Below, in pieces: positions 40,316 through 49,491 of a DNA stretch of 64,000 nucleotides; the stretch's first letter is position 1, and each line of letters opens with the position of its first letter. The DNA is taken from positions 1,540,447-1,604,446 of the forward strand of contig OZ253496.1 in NCBI GenBank assembly GCA_965262115.1, read 5' to 3'. Position numbers and translations under genes: made by a program. The notes beneath the pieces are model-generated. The model searched no databases. It worked only from the letters and a program-made list of their open reading frames with translations, and was not told where the DNA came from. The stretch comes from Nitrospinales bacterium. GTDB taxonomy: Bacteria > Nitrospinota > Nitrospinia > Nitrospinales > VA-1.

Positions 40316-41782
40316 GTCAAGTCTTTTGGGCCTGTTGCCCAAACCTTTTGATAGAAGCGTGGGTTTATAAGGATTATAATTTATCTGGCTAGTTTTTGTT
40401 CTTCTACAGTTTTAATCTTTTTTTCCGGGAGTCATTCCCATGATGAAACGCGAAACCCCGTCCCAGAGCGTATTCTTTAACTAGGCCGTGAATCTTGAAG
40501 ATCGGAGTCCTCCAGATCACGAGTTGCGGCAAGTTTCTTCCGTTTTGAACCTGGATTTTGTGTATGAACAAGTAAAGGATAAGTACGGCCACAATGGCAA
40601 CGAATCGGTTCCGCCTCCGGTGATGCTAAAACTGATGTTGCTGCTCATCTTTTACAACGTTCGTTCCGAACGTGAGTTGATGCGTACGCTTCCGTAGCGG
40701 ATGGATTGGCTCTGGTTTCTGGGTTATGGTCTGGACACTGTGATTCCTAATCCCAGCGTATTATCGAAACCAAGGGTTACGAGAAACTTTGTGAGAGACT
40801 GGGCGAACCGGAGGAATCCAATAATCGGCGGGTACGCAGAGAAGTTAATGTTCGTTACCGTTCTACGACCGCTCCGGATGCGGCGATTGTGCCGCGCGGG
40901 GGTTCGCGTTTGCGTTATAAAGTACATCGTTCGGTGGATCCGGCGGCGGAAGTGATCACCACGACTGAGGTGACACGTGGCGATGTAGACGATTCGCATC
41001 GGTTCAGTGCCATGCTGGAAGCGCACCAGGAAAATACCGGGATGTCAGCGAAGACCGCAGTGGCCGACAGTAAATACGGTACGGTGGAAAACTTTCTTGC
41101 CTGCAAAGATATGGGCATTCAACCCCATATGCCCGACCTGAAAAAGAGTCAGGAAACAGACGGCAAACGTCATGGAATATTTTCCAACAGCGCATTTACA
41201 TTCGACCCTGAAAGCGATACCTATATCTGCCCGGTGGGCAAACGCTTGCGGCTGAAGACCTGCCGGTTAAAAGAGCAGCGTATGTATTACGCCGCCAGAG
41301 CAGACGACGGTAATGCCTGCGAACTAAAATCCCAATGCACACGTAGTGCAACCGGACGCACGATCCAACGGGTTGATCGTCAGGACGACCTCGAAGAAAT
41401 GCGCGCAATGGCAAAGACCCCAAAAGGAAAACAAGACCTGAAAACGAGACAGCATCTTATGGAACGGTCATTCGCATATTCGGTGCCCTTGGGATTCAAA
41501 AGGGCACGGTGGCGAAGATTATGGCTGATCCAGATTCAAGAATACCTGACCGCATCCATTCAAAACATCAAACGAATGATCCAACACCTGAAAAAACCGA
41601 TTCACAGTCATGCACTGAAGGTCGTACAACGATTCAAAAACTGCTTGCAGGCTTCAACTTGGGGAGGAATGAATCTGGGTTTTGGGATTTCAATTTAGAA
41701 AAGAAAATTCGTAAGAAATACACAAAATTAATATCAGCAACCCTTCACGGCAACCCTTTGGGCAACAGGCCCTTTTCTTGAC
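40316..41782 (+). mobile_element. Decayed IS1182/IS5-family insertion sequence; the transposase is a pseudogene
   Basis: Terminal IRs GTCAAGTCTTTTGGGCCTGTTGCCCAAA (40316-40343) and TTTGGGCAACAGGCCCTTTTCTTGAC (41757-41782). The transposase reading frame has in-frame TAG codons at 40482 and 40698 and a frame change with apparent internal deletion after ...SVLSKPR. The DDE C-terminal part is in ORF 40889-41698. Confidence 0.8.
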
Positions 41783-41810
41783 TACAAGAGGGTAAAAGAA
41801 GCGTGGCAAT

Positions 41811-42258
41811 CCAACCCTCCCCCAGCCCCTCCCTATGAAGGGAGGGGAGGCAGATGTTTTAAAATCTTTTCAAAAACTCCATCCAGGTTTTCATAAACAT
41901 CCTGATTGGTAAATCGCAGAAACCGTATCCCCATATCTTCGATGGTTTTCTGCCGGATTTCATCCGATTGGATCGCCGTTCCACTGAAATGAGAGTCTCC
42001 ATCGATTTCAATCGCGAGTTTTGCCGATGGGCAATAAAAATCCAGAATGTATCGGTCGACACTGTATTGTCGCCCAAACTTATATCCACCGGCCTGTCTG
42101 TTTCGCAAAAACTGCCACAAAGCCACTTCCGCTAGCGGCATTTCTTTGCGCAAGGATTCTCTTTTGGTTTTTTCTGTGTTTCTGTTGAAAATTTTTACCA
42201 TAGCTTTCTACATTCCAAGCCCCCCTCCCTTCATAGGGAGGGGCTGGGGGAGGGTTGG
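41811..42258. mobile_element. 448-bp cassette: DUF559 gene bracketed by perfect 37-bp inverted repeats
   Basis: CCAACCCTCCCCCAGCCCCTCCCTATGAAGGGAGGGG (41811-41847) and its exact reverse complement (42222-42258). Confidence 0.75.
41833..42201 (-). CDS. DUF559 (Vsr-like endonuclease fold) protein, copy 1
   Basis: 122-aa ORF (LWQFLRNRQ...YILDFYCPSAKLAIEIDGDSH...RFLRFTNQDV). The stop codon and last codons (LPPLPS) lie inside the left IR. Confidence 0.8.
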   Translation of the reverse strand: MVKIFNRNTEKTKRESLRKEMPLAEVALWQFLRNRQAGGYKFGRQYSVDRYILDFYCPSAKLAIEIDGDSHFSGTAIQSDEIRQKTIEDMGIRFLRFTNQDVYENLDGVFEKILKHLPPLPS

Positions 42259-42363
42259 ATCAAAGTTAGCATCCGAACCTGAAAACAGGTTAACAAATAG
42301 TTGAAGATGGTGTAAATAATTTTTGTGTCTGCTTTGAGGCTGGAGGCGGCTCAAGTACTTTTT

Positions 42364-42650
42364 TTATAGTCCCTCCCTATGAAGGGAGGGATAGATATCG
42401 GCAGAGAGGGTTTGAGTCATTTTTTGATGCTCGGCAAACTCCAGGCCGTTGTCATAAGTGATGGTGTGAACCCGGTTCCGGTGAGGGGCAAGCCCCTGTT
42501 CGATGCGTTGGCGGACCTGTGGGACCTGTTTGGTTTTCGATGCGGTCAGAACCGTATATTGAGTTTTGCGCTCCACAAGAGTGGCAACAACGCCGACCTT
42601 TACCGATGAGGGTATCGCCTTCCCAGTCTCCGACACGAAATGGCATTTTG
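42364..42650 (-). pseudogene. IS30-family transposase fragment
   Basis: Two overlapping frames carry ...GDWEGDTLIGKG... and ...TLVERKTQYTVL...TITYDNGLEFAEH..., which are integrase-core motifs of IS30 transposases. It is truncated at both ends. The 3' end abuts a CCCTCCC-N6-GGGAGGG hairpin. Confidence 0.7.
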
Positions 42651-42743
42651 TTATTTTTATCTATTGTGGATCATTCTGGATAAAAATACGGCGGAATTAA
42701 AAGAGGCCGGGTCTTTCGGGGAACGGTTGTCGCTAATTTAGCT

Positions 42744-43838
42744 TCATCGTCCCAGGCAAATGCCGATTGACTCAGCAGTACGGACCAGTTGCGAGTCATC
42801 GGGTACCTGACGGACGATTCCAGCCAGGGATGCCAGCGGAACTAAGACAATATCCTGAGATTTCAAAGCCACCATAGTGCCAAATTTCCCTTCTGCGGCG
42901 GCTTCGACCGCCTGGGTTCCCAACCGGGTACCAAGCACCCGGTCAAAAGCCAAAGGAGTGCCACCTCTTTGCGTATGACCTAAAACCGTGCAACGCACTT
43001 CCAAATCGATTCGATCGCTCAATTGCTTGGCGATATAATTGCCCACTCCTCCCAACTGAGCGACTCCCTGCAATCGGGTAGATGCCGCCTCACTGGTGAT
43101 GGCTTCCTTGCCAATCTCTTTGGCACCTTCGGCCACCACGATCACGCTGAAAGGACTGCCCCCTTCTTCCCGCAAGCGGATTTTTTCCCGGACTTTTTCA
43201 AGGTTGTAAGGGATTTCCGGAATAAGAATGACATGAGCTCCGCCGGAAATTCCGGCTTCCAGAGCGGTCCATCCGGCACTCCGGCCCATTACTTCCAGGA
43301 TCATGATGCGATGGTGACTTTCGCCAGTGGTTTTCAGTCTGTCCAAGGCATCGCAAGCAACCTGCACGGCGGTCTGGTAACCAAACGTGTAGTCCGTTCC
43401 CACCAGATCGTTATCAATCGTCTTGGGAATGCCGATCACCGGCAACCCTTTTTCAAAAAATTTGTGCCCCAACTGCAGGGTTCCATCCCCGCCCACCACA
43501 AACAGGCAGTCCAGTTCAAGGCGCTTGAAATTTTCAATCGTTTTTTGGGAATAGTCCTGAGTGGTCAGGTTGCCGTCTTTATCGAATTGGCGGTACTCAA
43601 AAGGATCTCCTTTATTGGTGGTCCCGAGAATGGTTCCCCCTAACGTCAGGATGTCCTTGGTTCCGGCTACGGTGAGCTTGCAGTTGCGGTCAAAGATCAA
43701 GCCTTCGAAACCCTGCTCGATGCCAATGACTTCAGCTTTATAGGTGATGATCGCGGATCGGGTGACCGCCCGGATGACCGCATTGAGTCCCGAGCAATCT
43801 CCCCCGCCGGTCAGAATGCCAACACGTTTAAGGCCCAT
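42744..43838 (-). CDS. pfkA: 6-phosphofructokinase
   Basis: 364-aa ORF (ILTGGGDCSGLNAVIRAV, VVGGDGT, GIPKTIDND). Confidence 0.9.
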   Translation of the reverse strand: MGLKRVGILTGGGDCSGLNAVIRAVTRSAIITYKAEVIGIEQGFEGLIFDRNCKLTVAGTKDILTLGGTILGTTNKGDPFEYRQFDKDGNLTTQDYSQKTIENFKRLELDCLFVVGGDGTLQLGHKFFEKGLPVIGIPKTIDNDLVGTDYTFGYQTAVQVACDALDRLKTTGESHHRIMILEVMGRSAGWTALEAGISGGAHVILIPEIPYNLEKVREKIRLREEGGSPFSVIVVAEGAKEIGKEAITSEAASTRLQGVAQLGGVGNYIAKQLSDRIDLEVRCTVLGHTQRGGTPLAFDRVLGTRLGTQAVEAAAEGKFGTMVALKSQDIVLVPLASLAGIVRQVPDDSQLVRTAESIGICLGR

Positions 43839-45158
43839 GGGAAACAGTTACAGGTTCCGCAATCAGGTCATAATCCGCCGCGTGCTTTATGGTTACCGGA
43901 ATTATTTCTCCGGGTTCGGCTTCACATTTTTCGAGGATGACCTGTCCGTCAATATCCGGTGCCTGGGAGGCGAGCCTTCCCGTCATCAAATAATTTTCCT
44001 GCGGGTCAAAACCTTCCACCAAAACCGGTTCCACCCTGCCCACGCGCTCCCGGTTTTTTCTGAGAGCAATATCTTTTTGAAATTCCATCAGGATATCGCG
44101 GCGCTCTTCTTTGACCTCCTGCGGTACCCGGTCGGGATAATCGAAGGCAGTGGTGCCTTCCTCATCCGAATAAGTAAAAATCCCAACATGGTCGAATTCC
44201 ATTTCACAAAGAAACCGGACCGTATGTTTAAAATGCGTCTCGGTCTCCCCCGGAAATCCGATGATAAACGTGGTTCTCAGCGCCACATCGGGAATTTTTA
44301 ATCGAACTTCTTCGAGCATTTTCCGCACCCCGCCTGCCGTTTCATGCTTTTAAGCATCTCGTCATGCGTATGTTGCAGAGGCACATCAATGTAGCGGCAG
44401 ACTTTGGGCTCTGAGGCGATGAACTCAATCACCTCCGAGTTCAAAAAGGTCGGGTAACAATATAAAAGCCTGATCCACTCCAACCCATCGACCTTGGCCA
44501 TTTCTGCCAGCAAGCGAACCAGTCCGTCTTTCATTCCCAAGTCAAAACCGTACATGGTGGTGTCTTGCGAAATCAGGTTAAATTCTTTGACTCCCTTGCT
44601 GGCCAGGTTCTCGGCCTCGGCCAGAATGGATTCCGGCGAGCGACTGCGCATCGGCCCACGCATTTTCGGAATGATGCAAAACGCGCAACGGTTGGAGCAA
44701 CCTTCGGAGATTTTTAAATAAGCAGTATAAAAAGCTGTGCTCAACAACCGGTCGGTGTACGACTCATAATATTCGGCGGGTGTGGCGACATGGTTTTTGG
44801 ATAACGGGTCTGTATCCCCAATGATGTTTTTCAATTGAGGGTACTGGCCCACCCCCAGCAGGTGGTCGATTTCTGGAATTTCATCAAGCAGTTCCTGACT
44901 ATACCGTTCGGCCAGACAACCGGTGACGACCAACTGTTTGCATTCCCCCTCGGTCTTGTGCCGGGCCATTTCCAGAATCGTGTCGATCGATTCCTTTTTG
45001 GCAGACTCTATAAAGCCGCAAGTGTTGACAATGATTACCTCTGCATCTTCTTCATTCTGGGTGAGGCTGAATCCAGAAGAAACCAGATCGCCCAGAACCC
45101 TTTCGGTGTCCACCGTGTTTTTCGGACACCCCAAACTCACCATGCCAATTTTTTTCAT
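43828..45158 (-). pseudogene. rimO: Ribosomal protein S12 methylthiotransferase RimO, split by a 1-nt frameshift
   Basis: ORF 44298-45158 carries the UPF0004 domain and the radical-SAM motif CSNRCAFC. ORF 43828-44328 carries the rest plus the TRAM domain. Adding one G near 44330-44338 gives ...MLKSMKRQGGVRKMLEEVRLKIPD... continuously. Confidence 0.8.
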
Positions 45159-45192
45159 TCTCTGTCTTAACTCCCTGAATCCCCTTGTCAGG

Positions 45193-45442
45193 CAGACCTT
45201 TGCGTAAGTCTATAAAGCAGAAAAGCGAGATGCTTCGAGATACCCCTACGGGGCATGAAGTTTAATGAAGAGGATATCACATACCCCTCCTACCCCTCCG
45301 GGGCATGAAGTTAATGGAAGGGGATATAACAGGCTCAAGAAGGCAAAGGTCGAGTATCACTAGCTCAGCATGACAATAAAAGGCTATTTTGTCATTCTGA
45401 GGAGCTATTGCAACGAAGAATCTTGGGTTATGCAAAGGTCTC
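45193..45442. mobile_element. MITE-like element, family A, with about 125 bp of hairpin modules nested inside
   Basis: Ends are CAGACCTTTGCGTAAGTC and TTATGCAAAGGTCTC. The internal arms match the reverse complement of 35152-35278. The middle carries two TACCCC-N3-GGGGCATGAAG...GGATATCAC units. Confidence 0.7.
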
Positions 45443-45491
45443 CTTCTTAGGGGGAAGTTCTTTTAAGTATTACCCTTCCGGGGCACGAAGG

Positions 45492-46181
45492 CTAATGAAG
45501 AGTATCACGTGCGCTTGAGCGTTTGGTCCGCTTTATAGGCAATGCAGTGCTGGCAGCATGTGATACCCCTTCACTTGTTTCATGCCCCGTAGGGGTACGC
45601 CGAGCGGTTAACTTTTTATCCATTTTGCGAATGAGTTCATCAAAACTCTTTTTTTTAATCACCTTGTAAAACTGACTGCGCAAATTGTTCCGCATGCTGA
45701 TCCCGTCCAGAATGACATCCACCACCTGCCATTTACCTCCGGCCAGAGTCAGATGAAAATCGATGTCGACTTCCCCTTCCTTTTCATGAATCACCGTCAG
45801 GGGAACCACAACAACTTTCTTTTTTTCTTTGGTTTTTCCATATTCCAGATCCAGTTCGGCAAAAAATTTCGCAGAACTGGGAAATGCCACATGGACGAAC
45901 AGGTCCCCGAGCAGGGTTTTAAACTTTTCTCGCTCGGGATCACTGCGCTTAGCCCAATGTTTTCCTAAAGCTTTTTTGCTGATTTCTGCGACATTCAGCA
46001 AACCAAGAGCAGATTGGGAATGCTTCTGGTTGTCTGCCTCTTCTAAACCCGAAACATCCGCTTTAATCTGTTGAATTTCTCCCAACAACTTTTTCACCGA
46101 ATCCTGGGGGTCTTTGGTTTCTGCCCAGAGCGGACTGGTGGTCAAAACAATAAAAAGAACAGCACTTAAGGTTTTTTTCAT
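45492..46181 (-). CDS. MlaC/Ttg2D-like periplasmic lipid-binding protein with a repeat-encoded C-terminal tail
   Basis: 229-aa ORF with a signal peptide and an MlaC-like core (ALGKHWAKRSDPEREKFKTLLGDLFVHV...). The last ~38 codons (45492-45608) are translated hairpin-repeat sequence. Confidence 0.6.
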   Translation of the reverse strand: MKKTLSAVLFIVLTTSPLWAETKDPQDSVKKLLGEIQQIKADVSGLEEADNQKHSQSALGLLNVAEISKKALGKHWAKRSDPEREKFKTLLGDLFVHVAFPSSAKFFAELDLEYGKTKEKKKVVVVPLTVIHEKEGEVDIDFHLTLAGGKWQVVDVILDGISMRNNLRSQFYKVIKKKSFDELIRKMDKKLTARRTPTGHETSEGVSHAASTALPIKRTKRSSARDTLH

Positions 46182-46290
46182 ATTCGTCTATGATAGGTTC
46201 AGCATTGCATATTTAGTGGGGGCTTCTCATAAATTATAACGCAAACCGCAAGTTCATTTAACAAATTTTAATCCCTTTATAAAACGACAC

Positions 46291-47073
46291 ATGGCTGAAG
46301 ACTCATCCCAAACAAAGAGACTTTTAAAGGGCCGGGTTTTCCTACTGGCAGTATTTCTCGTGATTCTAACCGGGAAAACCTCCTTTGCCGGGCCGGCCGA
46401 GATCGATAAACAGTATCAGCAAGCCAAAACCTTGAAAGAGTTTGAACGCATCGCCGAAGAAATCCGGAAAACCCTCGAAAAAGAACCGGGCAGCCCCCAA
46501 TGGCAATGGCGACTGGCTCGATCCCATTACGCCATCGCCAAACGAACGGAGGACGAAGACATCGCAAACCAGCAATACGACCTGTGCATCGAGCACAGTA
46601 GCCGGACTCTGGAAATGCAACCGGACTCGGCCATCGGTTATTTTTTCCGTGCCATATGCCGAGGCAAACAGGGGGAGATGAAAGACATGTGGTCCAGCCT
46701 GGGAATCATCGATCCTTTTGAAGAAGATATGAAAAAAGCGTTAGAGCTGGATCCGGCTATCCAGAACGGCGGCCCGAACCGCGCGCTGGGCAAGTTTTAT
46801 TTGGAGTTGCCCTTTTTTCTAGGTGGCAGCACAGATCAATCGATTTATCACCTTAAAGAAGCAGTTCGCCTGAGTCCTGATTACGCAGAAAACCACCTTG
46901 GGCTGGCCCAGGCTTATTATGCTAAAAATAATTTCACCTCCGCGCGAAAATCGCTTTCCACCCTACTTAGTCTGACCGATAATGTTGCGGACAATGAGGA
47001 CCTTTTAAAACTCAGGACAAAAGGCCAGGAGTTGATGAAAAAGCTGACCACTGATTATTCCCACACCTTATGA
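46291..47073 (+). CDS. TPR-like periplasmic protein (TatT-like, low confidence)
   Basis: 260-aa ORF with a signal sequence and helical repeats (NRALGKFYLELPFFLGGSTDQSIYHLKEAV). Confidence 0.5.
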   Translation: MAEDSSQTKRLLKGRVFLLAVFLVILTGKTSFAGPAEIDKQYQQAKTLKEFERIAEEIRKTLEKEPGSPQWQWRLARSHYAIAKRTEDEDIANQQYDLCIEHSSRTLEMQPDSAIGYFFRAICRGKQGEMKDMWSSLGIIDPFEEDMKKALELDPAIQNGGPNRALGKFYLELPFFLGGSTDQSIYHLKEAVRLSPDYAENHLGLAQAYYAKNNFTSARKSLSTLLSLTDNVADNEDLLKLRTKGQELMKKLTTDYSHTL

Positions 47074-48770
47074 TTAAAGAAATTAGAATCCGAAATTTTG
47101 CCACTATAGAAAATCTTGCGGTGAACTTTGAGAAAGGATTGAACGTGCTGACCGGTGAAACCGGCGCGGGTAAATCCATCATCATCGACGCGCTGAATCT
47201 CCTGCTAGGAGGTAGGGCCGATACCGATTCCATCCGTTCCGGAGAAACCACCGCTTTTGTGGAAGCAGCCTTCGAAGTCACCGACCCCATGACTCTCGAC
47301 TTGATTTTGGAATTCGGCATCGAAATAGAGGATGGAGAACTTCTTGTCAAACGCCAGATTTCCAACGCTGGGAAAAATCGCTGCCTACTCAATGATAGTC
47401 CGGTCACGGTTTCCACCCTGGCAAAAATTGGTGACCGCCTGGTCGATCTGCATGGGCAACACGATCACCAGACCCTGCTTCATCCTGAAGTCCACGTCGA
47501 TCTTTTAGACCTGTACGGCAAATGCAGGACACTCCGCGATGAGTTCTCCGGGAAGTTCTCGGACCACCAGACTGGGACGAAAAAATTGCAGTCCATGAAA
47601 ATGGATGAGCAGGAGCTGGTACAAAAACAGGAGTTCCTGAACTTTCAACTCAACGAGATTGATCAGGCCCAGCTCTCGGAGGAAGAAGAGGAAGAAATCA
47701 AGGCGGAGCGCAATAAACTGAAACACGCCGGACAAATTCGCGAAGGCCTGCAAAAAAGCCAGTCGCTGTTGACCGATGAAAGCGGCTCCATACTGGAAAA
47801 CCTGGGGCAGGTTTTGAAAGAGCTGGAATCGGTTCTCGACATCGATCCCAGCATGAAAGAAACGGTTGAACGGTCCCGTTCCGCTTTCTATGAACTGGAA
47901 GAGGTGGTGGAGTCTTTACGAAACTATGACCGATCTTTGGAGTTCAATCCGAACAGACTGGAAGAAATTGAAGACCGGCTCGCCGAGATAAGCGGACTAA
48001 AACGAAAATACGGCAACGACATCGCAGAAATTTTAAAGCGCCGGGAACAGATCGCCCAGGAGTTGGAGCAGTTGGCCTCCAATGATGAAAACATGAAAGC
48101 CCTGGAAGAAGAACTGAAGAAAAAAGAAAAGGCGCTTGCCGAACTCAGCATCCGCCTGGCTGAAAAAAGAGAAGCCGCCGCCAAAAACCTTACCAACAGT
48201 GTTGAGAAGGAGCTGAAAGAACTGAGCATGGGCAGCGTCCAGCTTGGCGTGCGTTTTGATTATCCGACCGACCCTGAGGGATTCATCCTGTTCCGCAAAG
48301 AAAAAATGAAAGCCACACCAACCGGATTGGGCACACTGGAATTTTTGTTTTCGTCGAATCCGGGTGAAGAACTGCGCCCCCTGGCTAAAATCGCCTCAGG
48401 CGGTGAATTATCGCGGGTGATGCTGGCTTTGAAATCTATCTTGAACGACCAGGACACCATCCCGGTGATGATCTTCGATGAAGTGGATACCGGCATCGGT
48501 GGAAGAGTGGCAGAAAAGGTGGGAACCAAATTACAAAAAGTCGCCAGTACCAAACAGGTTTTTTGCATCACTCACCTGCCACAAATTGCCGGGATGGCTT
48601 CTTTCCATTACCGGGTAGAAAAAGAAGTAAAAGGGAAACGCACACGCTCCACCATCCGCCAACTGGAACATGAAGAACGCGTTGAAGAACTGGCCCGCAT
48701 GTCGAGCGGAGAAAACATCACCAACGCCTCCCTCAATCACGCCCGCGAAATGCTTCGGCCCACCCGCTAG
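47070..48770 (+). CDS. recN: DNA repair protein RecN
   Basis: 566-aa SMC-like ORF with Walker A GETGAGKS, a long coiled coil and the signature ASGGELSR. Confidence 0.95.
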   Translation: MIKEIRIRNFATIENLAVNFEKGLNVLTGETGAGKSIIIDALNLLLGGRADTDSIRSGETTAFVEAAFEVTDPMTLDLILEFGIEIEDGELLVKRQISNAGKNRCLLNDSPVTVSTLAKIGDRLVDLHGQHDHQTLLHPEVHVDLLDLYGKCRTLRDEFSGKFSDHQTGTKKLQSMKMDEQELVQKQEFLNFQLNEIDQAQLSEEEEEEIKAERNKLKHAGQIREGLQKSQSLLTDESGSILENLGQVLKELESVLDIDPSMKETVERSRSAFYELEEVVESLRNYDRSLEFNPNRLEEIEDRLAEISGLKRKYGNDIAEILKRREQIAQELEQLASNDENMKALEEELKKKEKALAELSIRLAEKREAAAKNLTNSVEKELKELSMGSVQLGVRFDYPTDPEGFILFRKEKMKATPTGLGTLEFLFSSNPGEELRPLAKIASGGELSRVMLALKSILNDQDTIPVMIFDEVDTGIGGRVAEKVGTKLQKVASTKQVFCITHLPQIAGMASFHYRVEKEVKGKRTRSTIRQLEHEERVEELARMSSGENITNASLNHAREMLRPTR

Positions 48771-48774
48771 GCGC

Positions 48775-49490
48775 GGGGCCGACTGCAATAGCTTTCCCTG
48801 GCAAGCAATAGGTTAGCCCGGCCTGATGAGCCGCCGAGGGCAAAAACTTCTCCCCTGACAGGTGGACGTGATATTTTTCCTAAATTTTCGTACCCCGAAG
48901 GGATATTGAGGGGGGTTGATTTTTTAACTCCCTCTTTCTCAAACTCGAACAATAGGAAGACGTTTTGTTCGACGGGTTGGGGTGATTGACCACAAGAAGG
49001 GGGTTTGTCGTCATTGCGAACGAAGTGAAGCAATCCAGTTGCTAGTACCCCAAAACCGTATGAAACACAGCACCAATTCCGACACACCAGTAAATGTCGG
49101 CACCAATAAGGTTCCAAACTGCGGCTGATTTCTCTAAAGGTCATTGCATCACCGCCTTAACCACAAAGAAAAAGAACGCGAGCATGGTGAGGACGGTGTT
49201 CGCCACCGCCGACCAGATCATGATTGTGTGCGCAATATTCCCATCACTAACTTCATGCCCCGTAGGGGGGGTATAATAGTTTTTCCATATCACTTGCCAT
49301 TCTGAGTTTGTAGGTCTGTCATGCTGAGCTAGTGATATTTGATCTTTGAATTCTTGCCCCGGAGGGGTATGTCGAAGCATCTCGATTCTTCGATTTTTCG
49401 ACTTATGCAAAGGGCTCCCTGTCAAGGGAGGGGTGAATGATCTCTTTACAACCTTGGTAACACTGAACTATTTCACAAGGCTCAAGGCCA
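48775..49490. repeat. About 700 bp tract of hairpin and MITE-like repeats, possibly with a gene remnant
   Basis: GGGTTGGGGTGATTGACC (48974-48991), GTCGTCATTGCGAACGAAG...CAATCC, CTTCATGCCCCGTAGGGGGGGTA, GTCATGCTGAGC, and the family A terminus ACTTATGCAAAGGGCTC (about 49401-49417). Confidence 0.75.
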
Positions 49491-49491
49491 G

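Noticed and set aside
40482-40700. Two in-frame TAG codons in the IS1182 transposase as evidence of amber recoding (for example pyrrolysine or suppression)
   Set aside because: The same gene also has a frame change and an internal deletion. TAG is used as an ordinary stop elsewhere in the window (for example the DUF559 genes). Simple decay is the parsimonious reading.
43023-44301. Plus-strand ORFs of 206 aa and 185 aa opposite pfk and rimO
   Set aside because: They are antisense to identified genes.
48767-49425. ORFs 48767-49144(-) and 49141-49425(-) as genes
   Set aside because: Most of their length is translated repeat modules. Only a ~32-aa hydrophobic segment looks protein-like, and it is reported as a low-interest possible remnant.
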